Assembly (NCBI GenBank): GCA_050575255.1 | Contig: JBNZDD010013728.1 | Location: forward strand, 477,510-541,509 | Direction: 5' to 3' | Origin: Harriotta raleighana | Lineage: Eukaryota | Length of the DNA: 64,000 nucleotides | Shown: piece after piece, positions 26,751 through 39,749 of the stretch | How positions within the stretch are numbered: position 1 is the first letter of the stretch | Layout: each line of letters starts with the position of its first letter | Made by a program: the position numbers and the translations under genes | Notes under the pieces: model-generated | The model's database searches: none | The model's input: only the letters and a program-made list of their open reading frames with translations | Told to the model about the DNA's origin: nothing

Positions 26751-27151
26751 CAGGCAGTCCTCTAGTTACGACGTTCCGAGGTACGACAATTCGAAGTTAC
26801 GACGCTTAATATCAGTAAAATTATGTCCGAGTTACATCCAAAGTCTCGAATTTACGACACTGCTATGTAAATACTTTAGTTGCCCCACGCGCGATAGAAA
26901 ACTGGAGTCGCCGCTCTCAACACTTACGGGACCACGATANNNNNNNNNNNNNNNNNNNNNNNNNNNNNNNNNNNNNNNNNNNNNNNNNNNNNNNNNNNNN
27001 NNNNNNNNNNNNNNNNNNNNNNNNNNNNNNNNNNNNNNNNNNNNNNNNNNNNNNNNNNNNNNNNNNNNNNGGGGGTGACTCGACTTACATACAAATTTGA
27101 CTTACACCACATCTTAGGAACCTAACCCTGACGTAACTTGAGGACTGCCTG
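26751..27151. mobile_element. Tigger/pogo-type MITE (contains an assembly gap)
   Basis: TIRs CAGGCAGTCCTCtAGTTACG and CGTAACTtGAGGACTGCCTG, with TA on both sides (26749-26750, 27152-27153). Confidence 0.9.
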
Positions 27152-28689
27152 TAATAATAATCCTTGCATTTGATATAGTGCTTTTCACGTCTCCCAGATG
27201 TCTCAAAGCGCTTTACTGAATATACTGTAAAGTGAATTGACAGTATATTTGTGGGATACAACAACAACAAAATTGCATCTATAGAGCTCCTTTGAAGCGC
27301 TTTGAAATGTCTTCCTGATGTAAAAGGTGCTTTGTTATCTGCAAGGATTCTATTCATTATAATAAATCAATAATGACATCTTAGAAGACGCCTTCATTAT
27401 ACAGTAGGTATCTCTAGGAGTCTGCTTTTATCCTCAACTTCCTGTTTGTTTTAATATTAAACATCAGTTTGTATGAACAGCAGTTTGTATAAACTTGTTC
27501 AGGAGCCTTGATTGAAATAAGTACTACAGTACTTAGAAAAGTTTGATATTGCTTTTGTACTTTCAAATCTTCCACATCAATGGAACTTAAGACTGGCAAC
27601 AACCTTCCTTCGTATGTGGCGGAATTCAAGTGATATTGAATCTATTATTGGGGCCAGATTTATGCATGATTGGTGAATTAAAGTTCTACCCTCAACATCA
27701 CAAAAGTATTTAAATAAACCATGTCAAATCAGACCAAGGAGATATCCCATCCCCTGCTGAACTCGGCAAGAACTCCGCAGCCAGCTAATAAGCATCACTG
27801 TGTAGACGCGGAATGATTGTGGCCATACTTAATTTCCTGCCAACAAACTTAACATTTATATTATCTCTGTCATCAGGAATGTCGTGAACAGTAGTTAAGC
27901 TCTAAATAGTAGTCTAAAAAAACTGTTCGCTGTATCTGAAATGCTAAAATCTAAACAATAATTCTGCCATCTGTAGAGGATTAGGGTATTTAGTTTTTAA
28001 AAAAAAAATAATCTCCAAAAGATCACTGTTAAGTTTAACCAAATGCAGGATACCAAATTCAGACCTATAATTTCTAGTGAAAATAAAAATATTTACCATT
28101 GAAGAATTGAAAATAAAGATTTATATTTGGCACAAGACTGCGATCAAATCCCAAACTGATGTTCTGTAGTATTTTCAAATATTTCTTTCCCCACCCACTC
28201 CCTCTTTTCATTAAATTGTTGATGTTTGAATCACTTTACATTTTAGTGCATCAAAAAACTGATCACATATGAATATGAAAAGTGGTGCTTTAAATTAGTC
28301 AATCACAAATTTTCTATGAACATAGAACACAAGCATCTTTTCAGGGGTTAACAATAGGTTGTGGGTCATTACATGTTAGATGTAGTAAAATATCTACATT
28401 TGGAAATCATTGCTCACCACATCATATCTATGTTAAAGAATCAACATGAGGACACATACGCATTTGAATCTGAAGAAAATCAAAAAGTCTTCAAATGATT
28501 CTATCTGATTTTTACAAGTGAAAAAATCATCATATGTGCATTACGGAACCTTTGCATTCTGTTAAACAGTTAAAGAAAAGGAATATAAAATGGTTCAGGG
28601 AATGAATGGTGAATTGGGTATAGAGAAGTTACCTCCAGTGGAGGAAATGGAACCAGCAAAGTTTTGAGGTGTACAAATGGCCCTCACCA

Positions 28690-29060
28690 GTCAAGCTCCA
28701 CATCAGGGCTTTAAGATCACTGTTTAGGCCAATACTCCAATTAAATGCTGAGGCTGTGAAGCATTGTCAGAATTGCCATTATTTGGATGCGACATTAAAC
28801 TGAGGTTCCGTCTGCCTGTTCAGGTGGATATTAATGATTTCATGGTACTATTTTACAAGAGAAGTTTATCCACTGCTGGCCAACAATTGCCTGAGATTAG
28901 AAAATTGATCATTCAATTTCTGGCTGGTTGTGTGATATTGCTGTGTGCAAATTGGCTGCTGTGTTTGTTTATAAATAAAGTCACAACATTTTATAGGGCA
29001 AATCTGAAGAAGATTGATACAGTTTGAAGTGATAAGAAGCTTTTTCAAATGCACATATTA
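28690..29060 (+). mobile_element. Deu-domain SINE
   Basis: ggatgcgacattaaactgaggttccgtctgcctgttcaggtggatattaatgatttcatggtactattt...gctgtgtgcaaattggctgc. Confidence 0.8.
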
Positions 29061-29356
29061 CTATTTAAAATTGATAGCAAACAGAGATTCTATAAGAAAA
29101 CCATAAGGCCTTTGCACTCAGTTGGCTGTTCAACTTCACAATACAGTATTCATTAAACTCATGCACATATGGCCCAATACATCAATAGCTTACTCTTCTT
29201 AATTATTCTGGTCTCTGACTTGTGAAGTGAGGTAAAAATTCCATAATAGCATTAGGTTTGTGTCTAAATTCACAGGTCTCAGAAAGCCACAATTTTGTTG
29301 ATGGAGCAGCTTTCAGTGCAAATTGACACATTTTTGTTGGCTGTTTGTTCTTTTAG

Positions 29357-29428
29357 GTACTGGATTAAAATATTATTGACTGGCAGAGAATCAGTCATTT
29401 CTGCTAATATAAAATAATAAATCTTGAG
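29357..29428 (+). other. Non-coding exon candidate (72 nt)
   Basis: Acceptor TGTTTGTTCTTTTAG|G and donor GAG|GTAAGT; stop codons in all three frames. Confidence 0.3.
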
Positions 29429-31429
29429 GTAAGTCTCAGAATAATACAATAGCTATAGACAGCTGTTCCTCTGCTATTTTCCTGGTACTACAAAAATAGT
29501 GGCTTTCACATAAGCAAACATCTCAAAGTGCTCACAGAGATGAGTGGAAAGCTGAGTAAACTAGGAAGTAGGGAGATTGTGGGGAGGTGACTGGAAGCTC
29601 TGTCAAAAATGTATTACAATGGTTTACAACTTTACTATTACTGAAATGCAATGACTTTACACCAATAATTTATACGTAGATCTTTTTGTTTTATTGTTTC
29701 CCATTGATTTTCTCCCCATCACCATACCTCTGGTGAAGCAGTTACTCACCTGAAGATAACAGATTAAGACAAATATATGTTTTCCTATTCTTCTGAGGCA
29801 CCTGAAGATACTTACATTAGAAGATAAGGAATTTTCTTTCCCCTTCCAATACTGATCAGACAAAGCTGAGAGAGTTCAGGTCACTAATTCTGTAGATTCC
29901 ATTAATTTGACTAAGGAGAATGATGGGAACTTCTTACTCCTGTTCCTACCGTAGTGTGAATTAAACCAGAAACTCAAACTTATCAGGAGGACTTAACATG
30001 TTTTCTATTCATTGACATCACTTGAAGGAGAACCAAAAAATAACTGATTGAAAGATCAACAGTTTCTCTTCTTCCCCATTTCAATTTAACTAGAGTCAGA
30101 ACATTTGACATCTATAGCACATTAATAACACATTGGTTTCTTACACAAAGGGACATGGATGAGTGCAAATTATTCTTTTAAGTTACTTACAATAGTCAGA
30201 AATGCAGCACTGCAATGAACGAGCAGAACAAATCGTCTTCTACTGTATATTTTTTAAAAATTGGACCAGTTAAATGACTACTTTGAATGTCACTTTGTGA
30301 AATAATGTAAATGGATGATTATACCAATTGAATTTCGAAAAGTATGAGGGAAAGTAGGAATGGGCTATTGAAATGGATTCATTGAAGAAATGCTTGATGC
30401 TGCGATGGGAGGATGGTAAGGTGGGAATTCTGGAAGAATTAGATCAAATAGGGCCAAAGGGCCTTCTACATCTGAAACTCTCTTGTGATCTTGTGAATTT
30501 AACAGGAGAAAAGCAATGTGTAAAATGGATAATCCTTAGGCAAATTTATTTGACTACATTAACCTGAATTTTAAAACTGTTGAATTAAATTGTAATTCAT
30601 AACTATTAATTCAACACCATGCCATATTGTGTTTAGATGTTTCTGAAATTGTAACTATTCCATCGAATAGGGTTGAAATCGAGTGTGCAAATTGGGTGCT
30701 ACATTTTCCTTCAAATACATAGTGACCTCACTTACAGCAATTACCTGTTTAAGATGTTTCAATCTAATAGAAGCTATATCAAATGCAAGGATTATGTTTC
30801 AACCAAACACTTCTTATTCTTTCCAATCAGTGCCCCCATCAAACATATTAAAATCAAGTACTGCTCACAATTCTTTCATGGCGGGTTAATATGTGATTTA
30901 AGTTATTATAGGACAAGAAAACTAATTTAGCCTATAAAGCTATCCCTTTTACACCACATATAATTTAACCCATTATGAATGTCATATACATTAATAAATA
31001 TATATATATGATAGTGATAATTGACTACGGGTAATACTATGAAGATTGTTAAGATTTCACAATACTGAAATTCTCTTGTCAACAAAAAATTAACCTTCTG
31101 AATGATCAGTTGAACATTGCTACCATAAAATACTCAATTGTTGGTGGATGTATTCCATAGATGACATTACTTTGGTCCTAGCAGCACAAAAAGCTATATA
31201 TATTGCCACGGAGTATTTGATTGTTTATCTATGGTTATAAAATCCTGTTCTTATCCAGATATTTATCTAGCTCCTTTTTAAAAAAAAGAATTTAATCAGG
31301 ATAGCAGTAATCGCTTTTGACTCAAACTAAAGCCCAAAATACCATTATTGACAATATTTATATTGAAGACTATAAAATAGAAATCAAAAATAGCATCCCA
31401 GCAACATATCATTCACAATGATCAGATAC

Positions 31430-31680
31430 GCCAGCATCCTTGTGGTCTCTCTGAGTAAAATTGCCCTATTAGTGCCAATTAATGTCAGAGACTGGGATGG
31501 TTTGTGTCAAGGATATGCAGGCACTGGGACTCTACACTGGTCAAACTCATTTCACTTGAACTTTTAACAGTCATCATAGAGAAAGAGAAGAGACATTCAT
31601 GCCGGGAGTCTGGATTGAGCTCAAATCTAGCTCTGAGAGGTGAAAGGGCACTGTTCTAATCTATTGTGTCACCCAGTCCC
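31430..31680 (-). mobile_element. LF-SINE-like element, 5' ~250 bp
   Basis: The reverse complement has gggactgggtgacacaa..ccctttcacctct..gtgaaatgagttt..attggcactaat..cagagagaccacaagga, collinear with recalled LF-SINE blocks. Confidence 0.7.
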
Positions 31681-32372
31681 ATTGAGTTTCAATGTTTAAG
31701 ATAATAACAAACAAGCAGTCACATAATTCTAAGCGATACTTATCAGATTGCTCTGTAGCACGATGGTCTATCAGATTAGCTAAACATGTTTCTCTCTAGT
31801 TCTGCATGTATTTCAGATGACTATTCCTAATATTTTGGATGTCAGTAGTGAATAAGATTGCATGTGATTTGGAAGAAAGCAGTGAAGAATTTGAAGCACA
31901 TTCAAATAATACAACTATGGCATTTCACAAACTGAGCTGTCAGATAATCAATTTTATTTCTGATACTGAACATTGCAAGGAACAGTCATCCTGAAAAAGG
32001 TTTTGGTAGATGACTAGCCACTTCCTGGTGGGTATCAGCTTCTGGCATAACATCACTTTTTAACACTGTAGAGAAGTTGCAGGTAAAGTAATAACATTGT
32101 GAAACCCCTTCCTCTATTGTCCACATAATTAAAGGAGTAGGCTGCAGATTTGACTTCATGCCATATCACATGAACTCATGTAACTTAAATGTACGCAGTA
32201 AGTGCATGAGTAGTGAAATGAAGAAAGATGACAATCTTTGAATTTGATTTAGCACTTTATCACATCGTCAAGGCGTCTCAAAGCGCTTCACAGGATGTAC
32301 TCTAAAATCATATGGCTGTATGTATTTCGTTGGGGAAGATCATCCGAAATCAGGGGAGCACAGAAAAATAAA

Positions 32373-32615
32373 ATAATAATAATATTTCTTGCATTTGATG
32401 CAGCACTTTTCACGTTTTCTAGATGTCTCAAAATGTTTCACAGAGTATGCTGTAAAGTGAATTGACTATATATGTTGGTGAAATGCGGCAGCACAAATTG
32501 TGCACAGCAGTGTATCACAAACAGTCGTGGATTGCAGTGGTTAATTTATTATTTTTTTGAGGGATCATTATGAGGTGTGTGGAATAAGGAAACTTGCCCA
32601 AGGTTTCGCCCTGAC
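32373..32615 (-). mobile_element. SINE2_CM-like (head truncated)
   Basis: aataataat..ttgcatttgat..gtaaagtgaattgacta..ggaaacttgcccaaggtttcgccctg. Confidence 0.88.
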
Positions 32616-32679
32616 CTGCAACAAGAGAGTTAGATTGAAGCTAGGAGTACAGCTAGAGGAAGCGAATACTCACTTTCAG

Positions 32680-34270
32680 CAAGAACAACATCTACAAAAA
32701 TTACATCTATACAGTGTCATTCGTGTCTGAAGGACGCCCTAAGGTGCTGAACAGTCTTAGGAGCTTGGTGGGTGTGGGCAGGGTTGGGATAAGGGAGGGC
32801 AGAGAAGTAGAAGTAGGTAGTAAAAACAGAAAAGCAGATTATTTTCTAGAAGGGGAGAGACTAGATAGTGTTAGCATTCAGAGGGACTTGGGTGTCCTTA
32901 TATACCAGTCACAAAAAGTTAGTTTGCAGGTTCAGCAAGCAACTAGGAAGGCTAACGATATGTTGGTGTTCATTGCTAAAGGGTTAGAATATAAGAGTAG
33001 GGAAGTCTTGCTGCAACTGTACAGAGCCCTGGTGAGACCACATCTAGAGTATTGTGTGCAGTTTTGGTCTCCTTATTTAAAAAAGGATATACTCGCCTTA
33101 GAGGGGGTGCAACATAGTTTCATTAGGTTGGTTCCTGGGATAAGGGGGTTGAGCTATGAGTAATTTAGGCATATATTCTCTAGAATATAGAAGAAATAGA
33201 GATGATTTTATAGAAACCTATAAGATTAGTAAGGGGCATGACAGAGTAGACGGTGGGAGACTGTTTCCCATGATTGAAGAAACTATAACTAGGGGTCATA
33301 GTTTTAAGATTATGGGTCAGCCTTTTCGAACTGATTTGAGGAAAAATTTCTGCACTCAGAGGGTAGTGAATTTATGGAATTCTCCACCTCAAAAGGCTGT
33401 AGATGCTCAGTCCTTGAACATATTCAAGACTGAGATTGATAGATTTCTTATGGATAAAGGGATTAAGGGATATGGGGATAAGGCGGATAAATGGAGTTAG
33501 ATTAGAAGATCAGCCATGATCTTATTGAATGATGGGGCAGGCTCAAGTGGCCGAATGGCCTACTCCTGTTCCTAATTCTTATGTTCTAGGATAACAGCTT
33601 AAAGCATGGTCAAAGGCGGTAAGAGAGAGAGAAAGGCAAAGGGATTGTAGGGCTGGTCAGGTGAGATATATGGAGCAGGCCAGAGCCTGCTGAACAGAGG
33701 GAGCAGACAGGGTCATGTGCATACTCATTGTGCACCCTATATGAGGGGCCCGTCGGTGCGTTGCACTGGTTGCATCGACGTTAAAAACACCTCTGGTTGA
33801 TACAGGATCAGCAGGTCAGAGAGGTAGAAGCGAGTAAGGCCATGAAGGGTCTTGAATTTGATCCTCTGAGGGATGGGGTGCCAGTGGAGCTGGACGATGG
33901 TGGGGGTAATGGGTGTGGGAGAGGACACAAGCTGCAGAGTTTTGGATGGTCTGTAGCTTGTGGAGGGAAGAGTTGGGGAGGCCAACAAGAAGGGAGTTGC
34001 CGTAGTTGAGCCTTTGGGTGTCAAATGTGTGTGTAAGGGTTTCAGTAGTCTGAGGAGTGAGGCAGTGGTGGAGACGGGCAATGTTGCGGAGGTGGTGGAA
34101 AGCGTTGCTGATTATGGCGTGGATATGGGGGAGAAAGGACAGTTCAGGCTCAAACAAGATGCCCAGGTTTCCATCTGGAGAATGGGAGGAAAGAGTGCCT
34201 GTTTCTTGGAGGAAAGAGTGTCTATGATTTGGGGACTGATTGCCTTTGGAAGGTGTTCCATTCAAATCTG
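32680..34270 (-). mobile_element. L2 LINE 3' fragment interrupted by CR1
   Basis: Tail at about 32680. ORF 33816-34274 reads NLGILFEPELSFLPHI..HLRNIARL..RLNYGNSLLVGLP. Confidence 0.9.
32812..33587 (+). mobile_element. CR1 LINE 3' fragment (ORF2 C-terminus and 3'UTR), frameshifted
   Basis: QRDLGVLI..LYRALVRPHLEYCVQFWSPYLKKDILALEGVQ.. then ..RGHSFKI..FCTQRVVNLWNS..; tail cttatgttct. A small deletion near 33160 shifts the frame. Confidence 0.95.
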
Positions 34271-34389
34271 ACATAAAGTTCCACTAGGTTAACAATAATA
34301 ATCCTTGCATTTGATACAAATGGAAGGACTGATTTGGAGTCTTATTCTCGTGCCTCAAGGAATCGAACCTAATATCATGTCAACTATGT

Positions 34390-34830
34390 GTCAGGCTGGC
34401 ATAGTTGGTTACATTCTTGCTTGTTGAGACGTTGAATGTATATAGTCTATGCTGAGACTCCAAAGCAGTGACGGAGTAATGCTGCATTATTGGAAGTGTC
34501 TTTCTTCAGATGAGACATTAAACAAAAGGTCTTGTTTGCCTGCTCAGTTGGATGTTATACGATTATTTGGCAAACAATATCCCCCCCAAAATTGCTTACT
34601 CACTCCACAGCTAAACCAATATCATGTCGGGTGGAGTCATGCCAAGAGTCCAGGCCAAAAATCCTCCCAGTAAACAAGATTGTTATTGACTTCATGGCTG
34701 TTGATGAGAAATCGTTTTATGCAAAACTGGCTGTTGCACTTGCTTACAAAAAATACCATCACTACACTTTGCAGTATATCCAGTGAAGCAATCCCACAGG
34801 AAAAGAGCTATGTTAAATGTAACAATTACA
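34390..34830 (+). mobile_element. Deu-domain SINE
   Basis: gtaatgctgcattattggaagtgtctttcttcagatgagacattaaacaaaaggtcttgtttgcctgctcagttggatgtta. Confidence 0.7.
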
Positions 34831-35559
34831 GTAGTATGTTTTATTATGAATAAACACAATTGGTCAAATTTGGGATTATCCTGCAATGGGCTTTATAATT
34901 AAGAATAGTCACTCTACTTGACAGTAATTATTTGTGAAGAACTTTGAGAAGTTAGAAGGTGATATAAACATAATATGAATATATAAAGTTGTTTCCTTCT
35001 TTTTTCCATAGAATATCTGATGTGATATTAAAACAGATTATGAAAGTATTAGATTCTGTTGGATGTCTGCAGTGTTAAATTATGTCCAGTTAAATGATGC
35101 AGGGCCTTGATACCTAGACCTAGTGACATCCACACCTTCAAGAGTGTGGTTGATATATTTTTGGTTGTCCCATACGGTATATGGGAAGAAAGCAGGAAAT
35201 TGGAATTGAAAGGATTAGTTGAGGTACAGTTCAGCCATAATCTAATTAAATGGCGGAACAGGCTCAAAGGTCTGAATGGCCTACTTCTGTTCCTAAGTTC
35301 CTATGAGAAGCATCAATGGGAGAATTATTTTTATACCCAGATTAGTTAGAATATACATGCCCTGCTCGGAGCAGTTGTTGAGGCAAAATCCATAATAGCT
35401 ATTAAAAGGAAAACTGATACAAGTACCTGAAAAGGGAATCAACTACAGGGCCATGTGGAAAGAAAGGATAGGTAAAAGGGACTGAAAAAATTATCTTAAA
35501 ATCTCCATCACAGACATGATGGGCTGGATGACATGTAAGGTAAGTTTCTATGAATCTAT

Positions 35560-36090
35560 TTGGGGATTTTAAACTCACAGTCCAGACTGACACCAATGAG
35601 GTTCTGTGTGAGTACTGCATTGCTAGAGATGCTGTTCTTCAGATGAGACAATAAATTGAGGGACCACTGCCTCATTAGGTGTATGTTAAAGATCCCGTGA
35701 TATAATTTGAAATGAGAAGGGACAATTTTCCAGATTAACAAAATTGGCATTCACTTCAACGCTCCTCTTCGACTGCGCCTTCGGCTCCCCTGCTGACTCT
35801 TTCCTCTCTCCCACTCTCCTTCCCCCTCCCCCTACCCCTGACCCTCCCCGCCTGCTCGGGTCCCGACCTGATTGTTCAGCGCTTTGGGTCGTCCTCCCGA
35901 CATGAAAGGCGCTATACAAGTGTCATTTTGTTGTTGTTGTTGTTTGTGGGGGATATTGCTGTGCGCAGATTGGCTGCTGTGTTGACTTGCAAACACAGTT
36001 ATTACACTTCAGACAAAACATCACAGCACTTTGAAGTACTGTGAAACATTTCAGTGTGGTAAGGAGCTATGTCAAATGCAAGGATTATGA
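35560..36090 (+). mobile_element. Deu-domain SINE with an L2 3' end inserted (about 35750-35942)
   Basis: Deu core cagatgagacaataaattgaggg..gttaaagatccc, then L2 tail agcgctttggg..aaaggcgctatacaag(ttg)n. The SINE resumes at tttgtggggg..gctgtgcgcagattggctgc. Confidence 0.8.
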
Positions 36091-37224
36091 CCGGTTCTTG
36101 TCCAAATGATTGGCAGCAGCCAGCAGCGCAAAGCACAGATCGGTGTTGAATGAAAGCAGCAGGTAAATAACAGAAATACTATCTTGGCAATGAAAACATG
36201 AAAGAATATCTGAAAATACATTCACATTTTAAACATGAGTTTTTAGTGAGGTATAATTTAAAGCAATCCTTCAGCACTGGAAGTATGTAATGTACAATCA
36301 TAAGCTTAGTTTAATGTTGAGTTTCCTCCAGTAAATATTTCTGTTGAGGTATGAACTGTTTTGAACTGAATCCTGCACCCAAAGCATATCAACAGCAGTC
36401 GCTAGTAGCTGCACATTAATGTACCCAAGCAGGGTTTGGAATAAGATCTGATTGCTTCGTACAATGCTTCTAATTTTCCTCCTGCCTGCTATTCTCCTCA
36501 ATGTCTTCACAACCAGTGAATACAGATAAGGAACATACTACTTTCTGGTTCCAATTTTCAAATATAGTACTTCTCATTTGCCAATAATTTAGCAAGAATA
36601 TGTACAGTAGGTGAATTCAACTTGCAGAAATTGACTGAATTGAAAATTATATCATTCTAAAAATTGCTTTATTTCTCCCAAGATATATTCAATCCAGCTC
36701 AGAGGGAAGGAAGACAGGGAACATTCTGCTGTTGTGACGACTCTTGGTCTGCCAGCATCAGGGGATAGCTGTGTAAATGACAGTACTGACTGAAGAGGTC
36801 AGGCTCATGCTATGCAAATGTGTGTTGTAGCTAACATTGAGAAATCAAGCTCATTTACCGAATGATTATAGCAATGGTTAGGGTAGCTAAACGGTAAGAT
36901 GCATTTATAATTGCATCTGTATCAAACCTGGTGATTCCTGCAATAAAATATGTTATAAAATATTGAATATAGCAATTTAACTACCGGTGAAGATTTAACC
37001 ACCAGTGTCCTAATGTTTTAATTACCTCTTTTAAAATGGTTGGTGTTCAATTACTGTTTGTTTTTCCACATTTGGAAACATGGGTATAGTACGACATAAG
37101 ATTTTGGAATATAGAGACATTAACTTCCTCAGTGCAGACAGCATTATGTTTCCGAAATATTTGCTTGCTTGGTAACCCTGATGGATCATTGGTAACTGGA
37201 ACTGAACCATGCTGTGTCATATAT

Positions 37225-37529
37225 GGAGTCCTGTAGCTCAGTGGTTAGAGCGCTCGCCATACAAGCAAGAAACCTGGGTTCAATTCCAGGCAAGGCGAAA
37301 CCTTGGGCAAGTTTCCTTACTCCACACACCTAATAATAATCCTTCAAAAAAAACAAGAATAAATTGGTCACTTCAATCCACAACTGTTTGGGGGACAATG
37401 CTGTGCGCAATTGGCTGCAGCGTTCCGCCCACATTTTTAGAGTCAATTAATTTACAGTATATGTTGAGATGTTTAGAAGATGTGAAAAGCGTTAAATCAA
37501 ATGCAAGGATTATTATTATTATTTATTAT
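37225..37529 (+). mobile_element. Full-length tRNA-Ala-derived SINE (SINE2_CM-like)
   Basis: A box tagctcagtgg, B box ggttcaattcc, L2-like 3' end, (ATT)n tail. Sister copies show the anticodon arm ctcgc-cttgcaa-gcgag (TGC = Ala). Confidence 0.93.
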
Positions 37530-39449
37530 GCAAACCAAGACCAGCACAACTCAGTATACACCTTGTCTGTGCTGATTAAGTTAAATCATTTAGGGGAGGA
37601 GTTGGGGTGCTATAGTTTCTGAGTCCATGGGCTATACAAGGGAGAATTTAAACAGGAAGATCTATTAATTGTTCTATTCAATGACATGTAGAATAAATCA
37701 GATAACTGAAAGTGGATATGTTAATTGATAACTGTTTTCATTCTATCCTGTTATGTCATATTGTCAAATGACTCTATTACACTAATTTAAACATATTAAT
37801 CTCATCTTGTATAAAGAATTTTCTAATTCTTGTACCATACTTTGCAGATACTGCATCAATTAAAATTACAACATGACTTTTAATCTATTCAATACTTTAT
37901 CTTTATGCATATCTTAAATATTTGGCTAGTTCTTATCAGCGGTATAAATTAATGTTTGATGATTTTCTAACATCTATTTCTGTTGGAAATGAGTAAGAAA
38001 TGTACAGTGATAGGGATATCAACTTAAAAGTCTTTCTGATTACGCAGAGCTTTTACCCATAAATATGCCTTGTAGCCAAATGTATTAACTATTTAGCTGT
38101 TGTTTATAATTTAAGTTGAATGTTAAGTAAAATTAAGTGACATAATGTAATGCTGTAATCCCAGTTGACAAACTGTGAATGAAGTATGCATTGGAGTCCC
38201 ACACAGTGTTATAATTGATTGCCTATAACAGCTTACAGGGAAGAGCGCCTATTATTGTACCAATCAGTCATATCTTACAAAGATCAGTCATCCTTATTGT
38301 AATCATTTGGTGTCCCTACAGAGAATTTGAGCCATCAGAAAGTCATTAGATACAGTAAAAATGAAAATTACTGCAACGCAGCAGTAAGTGCTATTAACCA
38401 ATATTCAAAAGTTCATTTAATATGTTATATAACAGCATTTTTAGACAATTTTTTTTCCACTTGTGATGTTCCTTGTGTTGCCATACCACTTCTAGTCATA
38501 ATATTGATACTGATATAAATGTTGGATTATTTACAAATACAAAATAATTTTTTTTCTTAAACTTAATTTCTATTAAAACACACAACCATTGTCATTCCCG
38601 CTTTATCCCAATAGATCGGTTGGTAAAGCCGCAGCTTACAGTGAAACTGAGCTATGAACCCAGGTTTGATGTTTGGTTTGTGCACAGTTAGATGGTATCA
38701 GCTGGGATAATAACAGAGCTACTACAATGGCTTTGGGGCCCTTGAGCACAGTACAAAGCAGCCAGGGCTCCCCCTTGCCATCACAATCAAGTAAGTGATT
38801 TGTTTGGAAACTGTAGGGTGTAGGGTCAGAATCACAGTTATCAATGCTAACTCTTTCCTCATGAGAAAGCTGAGTTTCACAATTATTCAACAGTTTAACT
38901 GGAAGATTGCATAATGTCAACATGTCTAGATACTGGAACAATTGAAGAAATACCCCATATTTAGTCAATAAATTAAAAACAGGTTAAGTGACTAAACTGC
39001 CTAATGTATACAATATACCACACCCAAATGATTCCAGTAAATCTCTTTTCCCTGTGTTAGTTGCTTCCCAGATGATAAATGAGACTCGGATTAAACTCTT
39101 GGTATTCCTCTGCAATTTGTATCGCTACATTAAGTTATTTGTACCTCATATAATGGGCCATTTTGTAAAGTACTTTAACAAAATCCCTGAGCCTAAACAC
39201 TGTAATGTGGTCAACACAGAATCAACAGCCAGAAAGGAAGGTTAGTCAGAATTACGTCAATAAATCACAGTAAGTGAAATACTGTACCTTGCAAAGCAGA
39301 AACTCACCCTAAGTAGTGATACTGCATACATTTCTGTAGTGATACTGTAGTGATCCTGTAGTGATTTTTTTTGTTTATTTTCACAGCCAATTTCTTTCCT
39401 TCTATCCTGAAAGGGTTTGAGAAGATGACTCAGAGAGAAGCTTATAGAG

Positions 39450-39595
39450 CTCAGAGAGTTCTGACGAAGGGTCCTGGACCCGAAACGTTAACTCACTTTT
39501 CCTTTCTTCATAGATGCTGCCTGACCTACTGAGTTTTCCCAGCAACTTCTGTTTTTGTTTCAAATTTCCAGCAACTGTAGCATTTTGTGTTTTGT
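39450..39595 (+). mobile_element. Short Penelope-like (PLE) terminal-repeat insertion with a 14-bp TSD, inside an old CR1 remnant
   Basis: ctgacgaagggtc..cgaaacgttaact..agatgctgcctgacctactgagttttcccagca..; flanked by agaagcttatagag (39436-39449) and agaagcttgtagag (39596-39609). Confidence 0.8.
39456..39494 (+). ncRNA. Minimal type I hammerhead ribozyme motif
   Basis: Stem I GAGUU/AACUC; core CUGACGA(A); stem II GGGUC-cug-GACCC; GAAA; palindromic ACGU in place of stem III; cleavage triplet GUU. Confidence 0.7.
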
Positions 39596-39749
39596 AGAAG
39601 CTTGTAGAGATTCATAAAATTTTAAATGGTATTGAATTAAATGAAGTAAATACAAATCAATATTTTAGAATGCAACAAAACAGTACAATAAGGTAGTAGA
39701 GGCCAGGGCACTAGACTCAGTTAAAAAGCAGCTTGATGCTATGATGTAT

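Noticed and set aside
32714-33500. Protein-coding gene
   Set aside because: Frameshifted CR1 ORF2 C-terminus, 5'-truncated.
37225-37300. tRNA-Ala gene
   Set aside because: The acceptor stem does not pair and the sequence runs into a SINE body present in many copies.
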